Shown here one piece after another: positions 1 through 8,932 of a stretch of DNA of 64,000 nucleotides. The first letter of the stretch is position 1; each line of letters starts with the position of its first letter. The notes below the pieces were generated by a model. That model ran no database searches, was not told where the DNA came from, and saw only the letters and a list, made by a program, of their open reading frames with translations. Location of the stretch: positions 6,368,001 to 6,432,000 of the forward strand of contig OY761556.1 in assembly GCA_963664705.1 (NCBI GenBank). The letters are read 5' to 3'. This DNA is from Acidobacteriota bacterium. Lineage in GTDB: Bacteria; Acidobacteriota; UBA6911. A program made the position numbers and the translations under genes.

Positions 1-153
1 CTCGGGATCCTCTTTGGCTTGGGCGGACTCGCAGGAATGTATTGCGGAGCGCGGCTGCAGAAACATATGCCGCAGAAATTTATCAAGATAATGTTAGGAA
101 CTATGCTTTTATTCCTCGCTGCAAACTACGTCAGAGAGTTCTTCACTCTCTAA
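1..153 (+). CDS. 3' end of a probable TauE/SafE (TSUP) family membrane protein, truncated by the window edge
   Basis: Frame 1 reads LGILFGLGGLAGMYCGARLQKHMPQKFIKIMLGTMLLFLAANYVREFFTL* (TAA 151-153). The G-rich helix followed by GARLQK is typical of TSUP C-termini. Confidence 0.6.
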   Translation, partial: LGILFGLGGLAGMYCGARLQKHMPQKFIKIMLGTMLLFLAANYVREFFTL

Positions 154-175
154 TCCTACGCCCAAAATCACACAA

Positions 176-340
176 TTATGATGAAACAGAAACAGGTTGG
201 ATGGCACTTGATGCCACCCTGACACCACATGCCACGGTAGCACGAGGTGCCATCATTAAAAATGATGATGATTATAAAAAAATAAATCGCCATCATTAAA
301 AGGCGAAAAAACAAAGTCGGCGGCAAGCATGTGGAAAAAA
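176..340 (+). repeat. Orphan degenerate copy of the iteron/AT-rich/DnaA-box segment of the Rep-like gene at 35081-35285
   Basis: Three 18-bp units (202-219 tggcacttgatgccaccc, 220-237, 238-255), then a gatgatgat/A-rich tract, aaaaggcgaa...ggcggcaagc and tgtggaaaa (330-338). Translation YDETETGWMALDATLTPHATVARGA matches YDETETGCMAPDATLAP...ATVARGA. Confidence 0.9.
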
Positions 341-745
341 ATATGCCGAAATCAGCGAGGTTGAGAAGGTGTTGCCGCAGGGAACCTGCTGTATTGTGCT
401 GCTCGCTGCTCCAAAACACACTGGCTCCCCCAATTTTTCACGATCATGTGTCCAGGTGGATTTTGGGCGGATATTACCTATACTGCCCAATCAAATTGAT
501 CGCAGGGCAATTGCCATTTTTGCAATGTGATATGCAGTGGGATTTTTCAGAATTGATCGACAGCGAATCTTCCGGAGTGCTTTGGGTGCAGCGATTGTGA
601 CACAACATATAGAGCATTCCATGATGTTGATTTGCAGTCAGGACGGAAATAATCATTCATCGGTTTTGAGAAGACCAAGATTCTTCATCGAAACACCCAC
701 TTCTCGCTTCATAGAAAACAGAAAACCAATCGAATATGCGCGGGT

Positions 746-1711
746 CTATACTGACTGCTGAACTATGCTGAGATACGCCTCTTCCAACGTCGAATCCCGC
801 ATCGCCATATATTCGATATTCTCCACGCCGATTATTCTGCGCACCTCATCTCTGATCTCCACATCCGGCTGCATATATAACGTCAGCTTTTGAACCGGGC
901 CGTCAGTGATATGCATGACCTCCTTTATATATGGAAGATTCTGGATCTCAGGCAAAACCCGCGTCATATCTTTTCGCAAGATGATTTCCATAACGGCGGT
1001 TTTGCTGAATTTCTTCTTGACCTCTCCGGGGGTGCCGCGTGCCACAATAACCCCTTTGTTGATGATGGCAATGTAATCGCTGAGTTCATCCGCCTCCGAC
1101 ATATAGTGCGTAGTGAGAAGGATCGTTTTGCCCCTGGCCGTCAATTGGGGAATCAAGACGCGCAGTTCGTGCGCTCCCTCAGGATCAAGCCCGATGGTCG
1201 GTTCGTCCATCAAGAGGACATCTGGATCGGTAAGTATCCCCCGGGCAATGTGCAGGCGCTGCTTCATCCCTTTGGAGTATCTCTCGGTCAGGATATCGGC
1301 GGCTTCGGTTAGGTTTACCTGTTCGAGAATACTAGCGATCCGCCGGTTTGCCTCGCGGCTTGGCATATTGTTCAATGCCGCGAAATACTTGAGGTTCTGA
1401 CGACCGGTCAGCCGCCCGTATAGGCCCCTGTCACCGCCCAGAATGAGCCCGATATGCTTTCTCACAACCGTCGGATTTTTAGCACAATTCTGGCCCATCA
1501 CCAGGGCGATGCCTGCGGTCGGGGTCAAGAGCGTTGCTAGAATACGCATGGTTGTGGTTTTTCCGGAACCGTTTGGGCCTAGAAGGCCAAAAACCATCCC
1601 CTTGTCAGCGGAAAAGCTGATTCCTCTGAGCGCTTTGGTCTCCTGTTTTTTCCCGAAAAGGCCTTTCGAAACATATGTCCTCTCAAGTTTTTCACACTCA
1701 ATTGCGGACAT
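746..1711 (-). CDS. ABC exporter ATP-binding protein (DrrA/NodI-like)
   Basis: Walker A GPNGSGKT, signature YSKGMKQR, Walker B LLMDEP, H-loop LTTHY. Confidence 0.92.
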   Translation of the reverse strand: MSAIECEKLERTYVSKGLFGKKQETKALRGISFSADKGMVFGLLGPNGSGKTTTMRILATLLTPTAGIALVMGQNCAKNPTVVRKHIGLILGGDRGLYGRLTGRQNLKYFAALNNMPSREANRRIASILEQVNLTEAADILTERYSKGMKQRLHIARGILTDPDVLLMDEPTIGLDPEGAHELRVLIPQLTARGKTILLTTHYMSEADELSDYIAIINKGVIVARGTPGEVKKKFSKTAVMEIILRKDMTRVLPEIQNLPYIKEVMHITDGPVQKLTLYMQPDVEIRDEVRRIIGVENIEYMAMRDSTLEEAYLSIVQQSV

Positions 1712-1737
1712 AAAGACAACTCTCCCGTTTGAGTTTG

Positions 1738-2520
1738 TTACTGCATGTCGCGCTCTAATGCGCCGGTGTGCCGCACACGAATCTCAAAAATCCGGAAAGC
1801 TACATATGCCAAGACACAATATGAAAACCCCACAACAAGCTCATGTAAGATATCCGCTCCCGCCTTATCCATATTTGCGCCCGTCAATCCCGCCCTTGCC
1901 GCTCTAAGGCCGTTAGTGATCGGCATCGCACGAGAAATAATGGCGAACAGCTTCGGGAGGATGTCTGTCGGAATGATGGCTCCGCATAATAACATAAGTA
2001 ATCCGAGCGCGATCCCCTGAACAAAGAGCCAATTACGCGTCACCATTGAAATAAGTCCCAACAACTGGCCAAAACATATAAGTGAAAAAGCAACAGACAA
2101 CACCGCAAGAACAAGCGGTGTCCAGCTGACACCCGAGAGATGGAGGTTTGCCGCATAGCACGAGGTCGCAAGACCCAACACAAATGCGAGCAGTGCATTC
2201 GGAAAGTGCAGCACGGCTCTGGCCAGATAGTTTTTTAGTCTATTGGCTCTCGAGGCATAAAAGAACGACATTGTCCCGAAGTACAGATCATAGGAATAGG
2301 ATTGTGCAAGCCCGTTGACACTTGAAAAGGACATCGAGAATATAACGATGCCGAGGGCAAATGCACTGTTAACCGTGCTGCCGCCTAAACGCCCGATTAG
2401 GGTATACATTAGGACATTCGCTACCGGATACAAGATAATGCTCGAAATATAGCCCGGCCAATTGAGCCACATAAAAAGTCCCTTATAGGTATAGAAGCAT
2501 TGCCTGAAAAAATTAGTCAA
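1738..2520 (-). CDS. ABC-2 type permease
   Basis: About six hydrophobic segments and a C-terminal LCGAIIP...LP...MPIT motif; in an operon with the ATPase. Confidence 0.8.
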   Translation of the reverse strand: MTNFFRQCFYTYKGLFMWLNWPGYISSIILYPVANVLMYTLIGRLGGSTVNSAFALGIVIFSMSFSSVNGLAQSYSYDLYFGTMSFFYASRANRLKNYLARAVLHFPNALLAFVLGLATSCYAANLHLSGVSWTPLVLAVLSVAFSLICFGQLLGLISMVTRNWLFVQGIALGLLMLLCGAIIPTDILPKLFAIISRAMPITNGLRAARAGLTGANMDKAGADILHELVVGFSYCVLAYVAFRIFEIRVRHTGALERDMQ

Positions 2521-2529
2521 TTCAGCCCC

Positions 2530-3324
2530 CTACCACTGTTTGCCTAAGTTGCCGCTGACGATAATCCGACGCTCGCCCCATCTGCAGAGGCCGTATGATA
2601 TCGTCAGCCAAACGGCCGATATTACGAGACACATAAACAGGTTAAACGCGATTTTTCTCAAGTTGGCGTCGTGCCCTACGGAAAACCAAAGGCTGTTCAT
2701 CGCCCATGACGACGGAATAAACATGGAAATTGCTTGAATAACCGCAGGCATTCGTTCCATCGGCAGAATATAGCCACTCAAGACGATCCCGAATGGGACG
2801 ATTCCCATAAAGAAACCGGCGCGGCCGCCAATCAGGACGATCAATACGCAAAAGAAATAGCCGATGACAACAGCACCCAAAATGGCGAAGATAAAAGAAA
2901 CCGCAAGCATAAGCGCATTTCCCACTTGGGGTGCCGTTTCTGATACGGCAAATACCGTGATCATGCCCATGATTCCCGATGGCAATTCAAAAAGAGCGGT
3001 TGCCAGAATTTTGCTGAAGAGAACCAGAGGTAGCGGCGCCGCGGAAATTAGTGTGAAATCGAGTGTCCCTGCTCCCATTTCAGCACTCATGGCCCAGCCA
3101 CCCGTTGCAATTGCACCAGCCCATACCATAATCATCGCAGCGCCGAAAGCCAGATATGTAACTGCTGCACGATTGCCCACCATTCTTGCGATATATGCGA
3201 TTGCAACGACTCCCAGGATTGCATAGAAAAGCTTCGGCAGTAAGCTGGAGCGAGCGGTCCTTATTTCCTTGCATACGGTAGATATGACGGTTCTCAGGAG
3301 TTTCTGCAAATTTGCATCCCCCAT
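2530..3324 (-). CDS. ABC-2 type permease
   Basis: Hydrophobic, with E..AGTLD and LSGYILP...P.SW ABC-2 motifs. Confidence 0.8.
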   Translation of the reverse strand: MGDANLQKLLRTVISTVCKEIRTARSSLLPKLFYAILGVVAIAYIARMVGNRAAVTYLAFGAAMIMVWAGAIATGGWAMSAEMGAGTLDFTLISAAPLPLVLFSKILATALFELPSGIMGMITVFAVSETAPQVGNALMLAVSFIFAILGAVVIGYFFCVLIVLIGGRAGFFMGIVPFGIVLSGYILPMERMPAVIQAISMFIPSSWAMNSLWFSVGHDANLRKIAFNLFMCLVISAVWLTISYGLCRWGERRIIVSGNLGKQW

Positions 3325-3793
3325 GAAATCATCTATACACTATTATCGCTTTATCTCTCAAACTAGCACAATTCCTAAAAAGTTGCCCGATTTTCCGATG
3401 TGCTTTCCTATGCCAGAAAAGGCGATAGAGCAAACATCAACCAGTAGCTGAACAAAAAGCCAGTATAACGTGTTTTTGTTTGCTTTAACTCGATATAGCC
3501 AGGGCTCCTCGAAACCTGAAATACACGAGGCAGCGCAACGAATGATGCACTATAAATCTAAGAAGGCTAAATTCACGCCTTGTGGCTCGGTGTCGAACAG
3601 TATCCAGCATTTAGTCAGACATTAAGAACTCTGCCAAATCCGGAACTGACGCGACCGCTCAAGCCATTGCTCATAAATACTGCTGCACGCTTAATCCGCA
3701 GGGATAAACGGTGATGAATATAGCTGAATAACAAAAGCCTGTCGGAATCAACACGCAATCTCCTCCTCTTCGTTGATACCTGAGAGCAACTCC

Positions 3794-5065
3794 TTAGGCA
3801 CCGACGATGATTGTCCAGATCATCGCTGCCGTCAGAGCCACCATGATAATGCTCGTTGCGATTGTAATAATGTTGGCAAGCCTTGTGTTCCGGTATTTCC
3901 CCATCAGACCTTTTTGATTCACCAGGCGAAGCATGAAATATAGTACAAAGGGCAGCAAGATGCCGTTGGCCACCTGTGAGAGCAAAATCAGCTTAATCAG
4001 TGGAATGTGTGGGATCAGCACGACTCCAGCGCCGAAGATAATTAGAGCAGTGTAGATGGTGTAGTATGTCGGAGCTTCTGAAAACCTCTTATTTATTCCG
4101 GACTCAAATCCAAGTCCCTCGCATATGTTATAGGTTGTAGCTAACGGTAAAATCGCAGCCGACATCAACGCTGCATTTATCAGTCCCAGCGCAAACAATA
4201 CGGATGCGAATTGACCGGCCAACGGCTTGAGGGCAACTGCCGCATCGGCGGCATCCCCAATATTATGGATGCCATTAACGTGCAATGTTGCGCCACAGGA
4301 CACGATGATAAAAAAGGCCACGATGTCCGTGACGAGACAACCTATAATCACGTCCCATTTGCTCCATCGATATTGATCGGCGGTGATGCCCTTTTCCACG
4401 ATTGAGGCCTGCAGATAGAACTGCATCCAAGGAGTAATCGTCGTACCAACCAATCCGACTACCATCACGAGATACTCCGAAGAACGAGTTGTCCCTTCGG
4501 GAACAAATGTGTCCCGGATAGCAGCCATCCAGTTCGGATGCGCCATAATGGCTGACCCGGCATATCCAAAATAGATGAGCGAAAGAAACAACAGCACTCG
4601 TTCCACAGGCTTGTACCTGCCGAAAACGATGAGCCCCCAAACCGACAATGCGCCGATTGGCACAGTGATGTATTTGCTCAAACCGAAAATGCCGAGTCCC
4701 GAAGCAATCCCTGCAAATTCGGCGGCGATATTGCCGAGGTCGGCCAAGCCGAATATGAGCATAGTTAAGAAAGTTGCACGGAACCCGAACTCCTCACGAA
4801 TCAGGTCAGACAGGCCTTTTCCGGTAATTGCGCCCATGCGCGCAGCCATCTCCTGCACAACAATGAGTGCAATCGTGGTCGGAATAAGGGTCCACAAGAG
4901 CGCATAGCCGAATTTCGCTCCCGCCTGCGAATACGTCAGAATGCCTCCGGGATCATTATCAACATTGGCGGTGATGAATCCCGGGCCGAGTATTGCGATA
5001 AATGCCAATATCCTATAACGGAGGATTTTGGTAGGTTTTAGAATCCTGTTTTGCAGTTCAGACAT
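3794..5065 (-). CDS. NRAMP-related Mg2+ transporter (NRMT/NrmT clade)
   Basis: GPGFITANVDNDPGGI (DND(A/P)GG type instead of DPGN). TM6 GTTITPW has Thr where Nramps have the metal-binding Met. Start placed at ATG 5065 after a GGAGGAG RBS. Lies downstream of an M-box. Confidence 0.85.
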   Translation of the reverse strand: MSELQNRILKPTKILRYRILAFIAILGPGFITANVDNDPGGILTYSQAGAKFGYALLWTLIPTTIALIVVQEMAARMGAITGKGLSDLIREEFGFRATFLTMLIFGLADLGNIAAEFAGIASGLGIFGLSKYITVPIGALSVWGLIVFGRYKPVERVLLFLSLIYFGYAGSAIMAHPNWMAAIRDTFVPEGTTRSSEYLVMVVGLVGTTITPWMQFYLQASIVEKGITADQYRWSKWDVIIGCLVTDIVAFFIIVSCGATLHVNGIHNIGDAADAAVALKPLAGQFASVLFALGLINAALMSAAILPLATTYNICEGLGFESGINKRFSEAPTYYTIYTALIIFGAGVVLIPHIPLIKLILLSQVANGILLPFVLYFMLRLVNQKGLMGKYRNTRLANIITIATSIIMVALTAAMIWTIIVGA

Positions 5066-5284
5066 GATCTCCTCCGTCAGAATGCGCACTTTGAGGAGTC
5101 GGGGGCCCTTATGGAGAAACTGCCTCATCCCTCGCATTCACCGCACGAATCTGCGGCAAATGCTGCGGGCGAAGCGATATGGGGTATCAGATCACCAGCA
5201 GATCTTCCGCAGAAAAATTCTCACTACAGCCTCTACTCGGAGGCTCGTCTTTTTCTGATCTCATATAGCTTTCTGGAGGCAGAT

Positions 5285-5318
5285 AAGAAGCTGGGAGGAG
5301 TTGTCACTCCTCCGCAGC
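5285..5318 (-). terminator. Probable intrinsic terminator in the M-box expression platform
   Basis: Minus strand gctgcGGAGGAG-tgacaa-CTCCTCCcagc-ttctt. Confidence 0.55.
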
Positions 5319-5356
5319 GGAGAAATGGCTCAATGCCTGAAGGGTATCAGCCGGAT

Positions 5357-5524
5357 TCCCCCACTGGTTTAAGCTTCAGCACCGCGCACCGTGAGAGGTC
5401 CGAAGACCTCAGCCACCTTAGGAAAACCCTTAACCCGGGAGTTCCTGTTCTACCCTAATCCGGCATCTTTGGATACCATAGGGCAGTGGCGTGTTTGTAC
5501 GTGGGAGCCTCGCTTACCGAGGAT
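5357..5524 (-). ncRNA. M-box (ykoK) Mg2+ riboswitch
   Basis: Minus strand ...GAGGCTCC...gccactgccc...ccAAAGATGCC...gggtAGAACAGG...taaggtggct...gtGCTGAAGCt... follows the ykoK consensus order; upstream of a Mg2+ transporter. Confidence 0.9.
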
Positions 5525-5619
5525 CCTTACAATTCGCTGAGCCTTAAAATGCATGATTTAAGACCCGTGAAAAAAATAGGCTTGGATTCAGGACATGTCA
5601 AGCAGTATGCATCTTTTTG

Positions 5620-5745
5620 AGGTACTGGGTGTCATTCTGGCGCTGCATGCCTGCCTGGCACCACGTGCTACCGTGGCACGTGGTGCCTCCCTAAAAGATG
5701 AAGATCTAAAATTGGCGGCGAGTCTGTGAAAAATCACACCACAGC
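5620..5745 (+). repeat. Second orphan degenerate copy of the iteron/DnaA-box segment
   Basis: 18-bp units at 5638-5655, 5656-5673 (tggcaccacgtgctaccg) and 5674-5691, then aaaattggcggcgagtctgtgaaaaatcacacc matching aaaattggcggcaagcttgtggaaaaccacacc at about 35250-35283. The AT-rich tract is deleted. Confidence 0.85.
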
Positions 5746-5768
5746 AACGTGAGGATGAATAGATCATT

Positions 5769-6617
5769 TTAAGCAAGCTTGGTGGCTTGAGCTTGAAAAA
5801 ACTCCGCGTTCCAAAGCTCCAAGGATGGCAATTCATTTGATTTTACGAACCTGCGAACGTCCTCACGGGCTTGTTTCCAATCAATGGCCTTGATTCGTTC
5901 ATTCAATCGTTCGAGACACCAGGACCTATCCGCTTTGACATTCTTTCCCTTCCAAGGACCTGTTTGATTTATTGCCGAGGAGAGCAATTCATAATTCGCC
6001 GGAGTCCGGCGAGCGGTATACCAGACAAAATCGTACCAATCCCGCCCCTTCAGATATTCACGGCATAGCAATGCATGAAGCTTGCCGGCGTAGAGGCTTG
6101 ACAGATCAAATACGCAGACGGCCGAAAGGAAAGGAAAGTCCACGTGCCTGGTTTCGAAGGTTGCACCTTCCGGCGGATTCGTATCCACTTCAACCTTGAT
6201 CCTCATCTTGCGCATCGGACCTGATATCGGTCTGAAATTTAGTTGGAGCAGTTTGCCGAGCGAATCATCCTTTACAAATGCTTTGCGCACTGTCTGTCCG
6301 ACCTTCGAACGGTCATCCATCTGGAGTTCAAATCCGTAGGCCGTCAGTTCCTTTTTCGCTGTGTCGAGATAGGGCTGCAATTTAAATGATGAGTCCGGTT
6401 CTTGCAGGGCAAAATCAAGGTCTTCAGAAAAACGGTTCAATCCGTGGAAAATTCGTAGACAGGTGCCGCCCTGAAATCCGGCCTTCTGGAAGAAATCCGT
6501 TCGTCCCAGTGCTGCCAACAAAATCTCCTGGGTGATTTCGCGGAGGGCTTGTTCTTCCTCAAGACTCGAACGGCAGTTATATCCGTTCAGCCGATCCTGG
6601 ATTATCCGTACACTCAT
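5769..6617 (-). CDS. AbiEii/AbiGii-family nucleotidyltransferase toxin (type IV TA)
   Basis: FQGGTCLRIFHGLNRFSEDLDF, K-L-H-A and GRDWYD motifs. Confidence 0.92.
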   Translation of the reverse strand: MSVRIIQDRLNGYNCRSSLEEEQALREITQEILLAALGRTDFFQKAGFQGGTCLRIFHGLNRFSEDLDFALQEPDSSFKLQPYLDTAKKELTAYGFELQMDDRSKVGQTVRKAFVKDDSLGKLLQLNFRPISGPMRKMRIKVEVDTNPPEGATFETRHVDFPFLSAVCVFDLSSLYAGKLHALLCREYLKGRDWYDFVWYTARRTPANYELLSSAINQTGPWKGKNVKADRSWCLERLNERIKAIDWKQAREDVRRFVKSNELPSLELWNAEFFQAQATKLA

Positions 6618-7276
6618 CTCTTCAGGTCCTTTCGCAATCCTTTAAGAAATCGCCGAACTCGCTGGGAAGAATAGTTGTTGATCAAAAGTTCAACGATCTC
6701 TGAGTCGATGCCTGCCAGCGAGTTTTCATCCACTCGCAGGCTTTCGATGACCGGCTCTGCGGATGTCCAATCAAGTCTGTGCGCATAGACGTAATCGGCC
6801 AGGGCTTTCAACGGAGATGCTATCAGGAAGCTTTCGCCGGCGAGAAAACTTGGTTCATTCCCATCCTGCTTTTCAATGCGAGTGACTTCTGCATAGAAGA
6901 CCTTCTGCGGAATCCGCGTGAAACTGAAATGCCCGAGAGGCGTCTCAAATTCGCGGGCACGATCCATGGAGGCGCTTGTAATAGCGTATACCGCTTCGGG
7001 GATCCAACCATGGTACGACAATGAAGTTTCCAGGCTGATATAGCTGGGTCCATGGATTAACTGGGCGAATATCAGCGGGTCGGGCTTTCGTCGCAGATAC
7101 TTGGGGGCAAGGCAATAAAGCCCACGGTGGATCCGGATCACCTCATTCGATTTCAGAGCCCGTTTGAGAAGAGCGAATTGGCGATTTGACGTTCCGCCAA
7201 CCCACTGCGAAAGCTCCAACAGGGTAAAGGCGCCAGTATCTGATTTCTCCAGAACGGTTTCCGTCAAACTTTGCAT
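6614..7276 (-). CDS. AbiEi-family antitoxin
   Basis: wHTH-type IHRGLY, PSYISLETSLSYHGWIPE and ASPLKALAD motifs; 4-bp overlap with the toxin. Confidence 0.88.
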   Translation of the reverse strand: MQSLTETVLEKSDTGAFTLLELSQWVGGTSNRQFALLKRALKSNEVIRIHRGLYCLAPKYLRRKPDPLIFAQLIHGPSYISLETSLSYHGWIPEAVYAITSASMDRAREFETPLGHFSFTRIPQKVFYAEVTRIEKQDGNEPSFLAGESFLIASPLKALADYVYAHRLDWTSAEPVIESLRVDENSLAGIDSEIVELLINNYSSQRVRRFLKGLRKDLKR

Positions 7277-7285
7277 TAATGCATC

Positions 7286-7308
7286 ATACTGTCATTATAT
7301 GACAGTAT
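7286..7308. promoter_or_regulatory. 23-bp inverted repeat, likely AbiEi autoregulatory operator
   Basis: ATACTGTCAT-tat-ATGACAGTAT, about 10 bp upstream of the abiEi start. Confidence 0.7.
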
Positions 7309-7357
7309 CAAGCATAAATACGATCAATCGTAGATAGGATACCATAATGCAAATCGA

Positions 7358-7392
7358 GCATAGTATGTCGACACTTTGTCGACATACTATGC
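7358..7392. repeat. Perfect 16-bp-arm inverted repeat
   Basis: GCATAGTATGTCGACA-ctt-TGTCGACATACTATGC between the methyltransferase stop and the abiE promoter. Confidence 0.9.
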
Positions 7393-7410
7393 GAAATGTT
7401 CAGTCTGCCA

Positions 7411-8049
7411 CTACTTGTTACCGACAATACAATAAAATCCAGGCTCATCAATAAACAGGCTAATGCTTAAAGCAGCTCGCTGAAAGAGATCATACATCTC
7501 GGATTTGCCGGGAAGATGATCATGCATCACGGCATGGCAGGATTCATGGTGCTTCTTAATGCCTTCCGACGAGTCCAAGTGAGCCACAACAAAAGTCCCG
7601 TCCCGTTTCAGAATTCGCGACAAGGCTAACATGGATTTTTCTTTGTCGTGAAAATGCGGAAATGAAGCAAAGCAGATGATGCTGTCGCAGGATGCGTCCT
7701 CCAAAGGAGCTTCTGCTGCATCCGCGACAACGAACCGTATATTCCCGTCCTTGTGAAGACTCTTGTTTGCCTCGATCATTCTTTCGGCAAAATCCAGTTC
7801 ATAAAGAATACCGGTTTCGGTAATTCGTTTCAGCACGAATGGAACGAGAACACCGGAGCCGCATCCTACATCCAGAACACTGTCTCCGGGTTTCAGCGGG
7901 ATCAGGGAAAAGAATCGATCGAGCGCTTTTTGGTGCAGGTCGTGTTGTCCGGATTCAGGATTCTTATAGAATGTATCCAGCCAGGTCGCAGCGCTGTCGT
8001 TAAAGAACTGTTTCCTCATCCGATAAATTTCTTCTGATGTCATGTGCAT
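7411..8049 (-). CDS. Class I SAM-dependent methyltransferase
   Basis: Motif I VLDVGCGSG, VVADA, and FPHF...RILKRDG; His-rich C-terminus HHESCHAVMHDH. Confidence 0.88.
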   Translation of the reverse strand: MHMTSEEIYRMRKQFFNDSAATWLDTFYKNPESGQHDLHQKALDRFFSLIPLKPGDSVLDVGCGSGVLVPFVLKRITETGILYELDFAERMIEANKSLHKDGNIRFVVADAAEAPLEDASCDSIICFASFPHFHDKEKSMLALSRILKRDGTFVVAHLDSSEGIKKHHESCHAVMHDHLPGKSEMYDLFQRAALSISLFIDEPGFYCIVGNK

Positions 8050-8932
8050 GATCGGAATTCCTTTGAGAACGTTTTAGTGCATTGCGCTTAGGCGAAAACA
8101 CGTAGGCCAAAGCAAATATGATTGTAGCCATGAGAACTACTGAGGCGCCGGACGGAAGGTCGAAAACGTATGATATCAGCAATCCCAGCACGCAGGCGCT
8201 TATTCCCGCTCCAGCGGCTATCAGGAAAAAGAGCTTGAGATCATACGCAAGCTGAAGCGCCGTGGCTCCTGGCTGAATGAGCAGCGCAAAAATCAGCAGG
8301 CCGCCTACGGTTGATAGATTTGATGATACAACCGCGCCTGTCAGGAACAGGAGAGAGTAATAAATGAGGCGCTCAGGCACTCCTGATGCTGCGGCCAGCC
8401 TTCTATTGAAGAGGACTGCTCGGATTTCCTTGAAGAAAAGAAAGATGAAAAGCAGCAACACGCATGTTATTGCCAAAAGAACTAGAACATCTCGATGCGA
8501 TAGGGACAACAGGTTCCCCCACATCAGTGACAGGATCCCGGCTTTTGTCTTGGTTAGAATGCCCAATCCGAGAAACGCAATCCCCATAAGGAAAGAGAAG
8601 AAAATGCCCAGCATATTTTCAGGAGCGATTCTTGCACGATCCGAGAGGGGACCAAGCACTCCCGCAACAGCCAGACATAAGATGAATCCCGCAACTACTG
8701 GATTGACTCCAAGCAGCATTCCCAAAACCGCTCCCGCAAATGCGGCGTGAGACATGGACACTCCAATGAGCGGCATCCGCATAAGGACGACAAAAACCGA
8801 AAGAAGAGAGCAACTCAATCCGCATAGAACGCAGGCAAGAAGCGCTCTCTGGATAGGCAGATAGGTCAAACCTTCCAATAGATGCTCAACCAAGGGAAAC
8901 AAACCTCCTGCCGTTTCGCTCGAAAATTTCAA
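8000..8932 (-). CDS. Metal ABC transporter permease (ZnuB/ABC-3 family)
   Basis: LSVFVVLMRMPLIGVSMSHAAFAG and VGGLLIFALLIQP motifs; start position uncertain. Confidence 0.88.
   Translation of the reverse strand: MKFSSETAGGLFPLVEHLLEGLTYLPIQRALLACVLCGLSCSLLSVFVVLMRMPLIGVSMSHAAFAGAVLGMLLGVNPVVAGFILCLAVAGVLGPLSDRARIAPENMLGIFFSFLMGIAFLGLGILTKTKAGILSLMWGNLLSLSHRDVLVLLAITCVLLLFIFLFFKEIRAVLFNRRLAAASGVPERLIYYSLLFLTGAVVSSNLSTVGGLLIFALLIQPGATALQLAYDLKLFFLIAAGAGISACVLGLLISYVFDLPSGASVVLMATIIFALAYVFSPKRNALKRSQRNSDHAHDIRRNLSDEETVL

Noticed and set aside
42-299. 85-aa ORF as a real gene
   Set aside because: It is a chimera of an alternate frame of the upstream TSUP gene and the decayed rep fragment.
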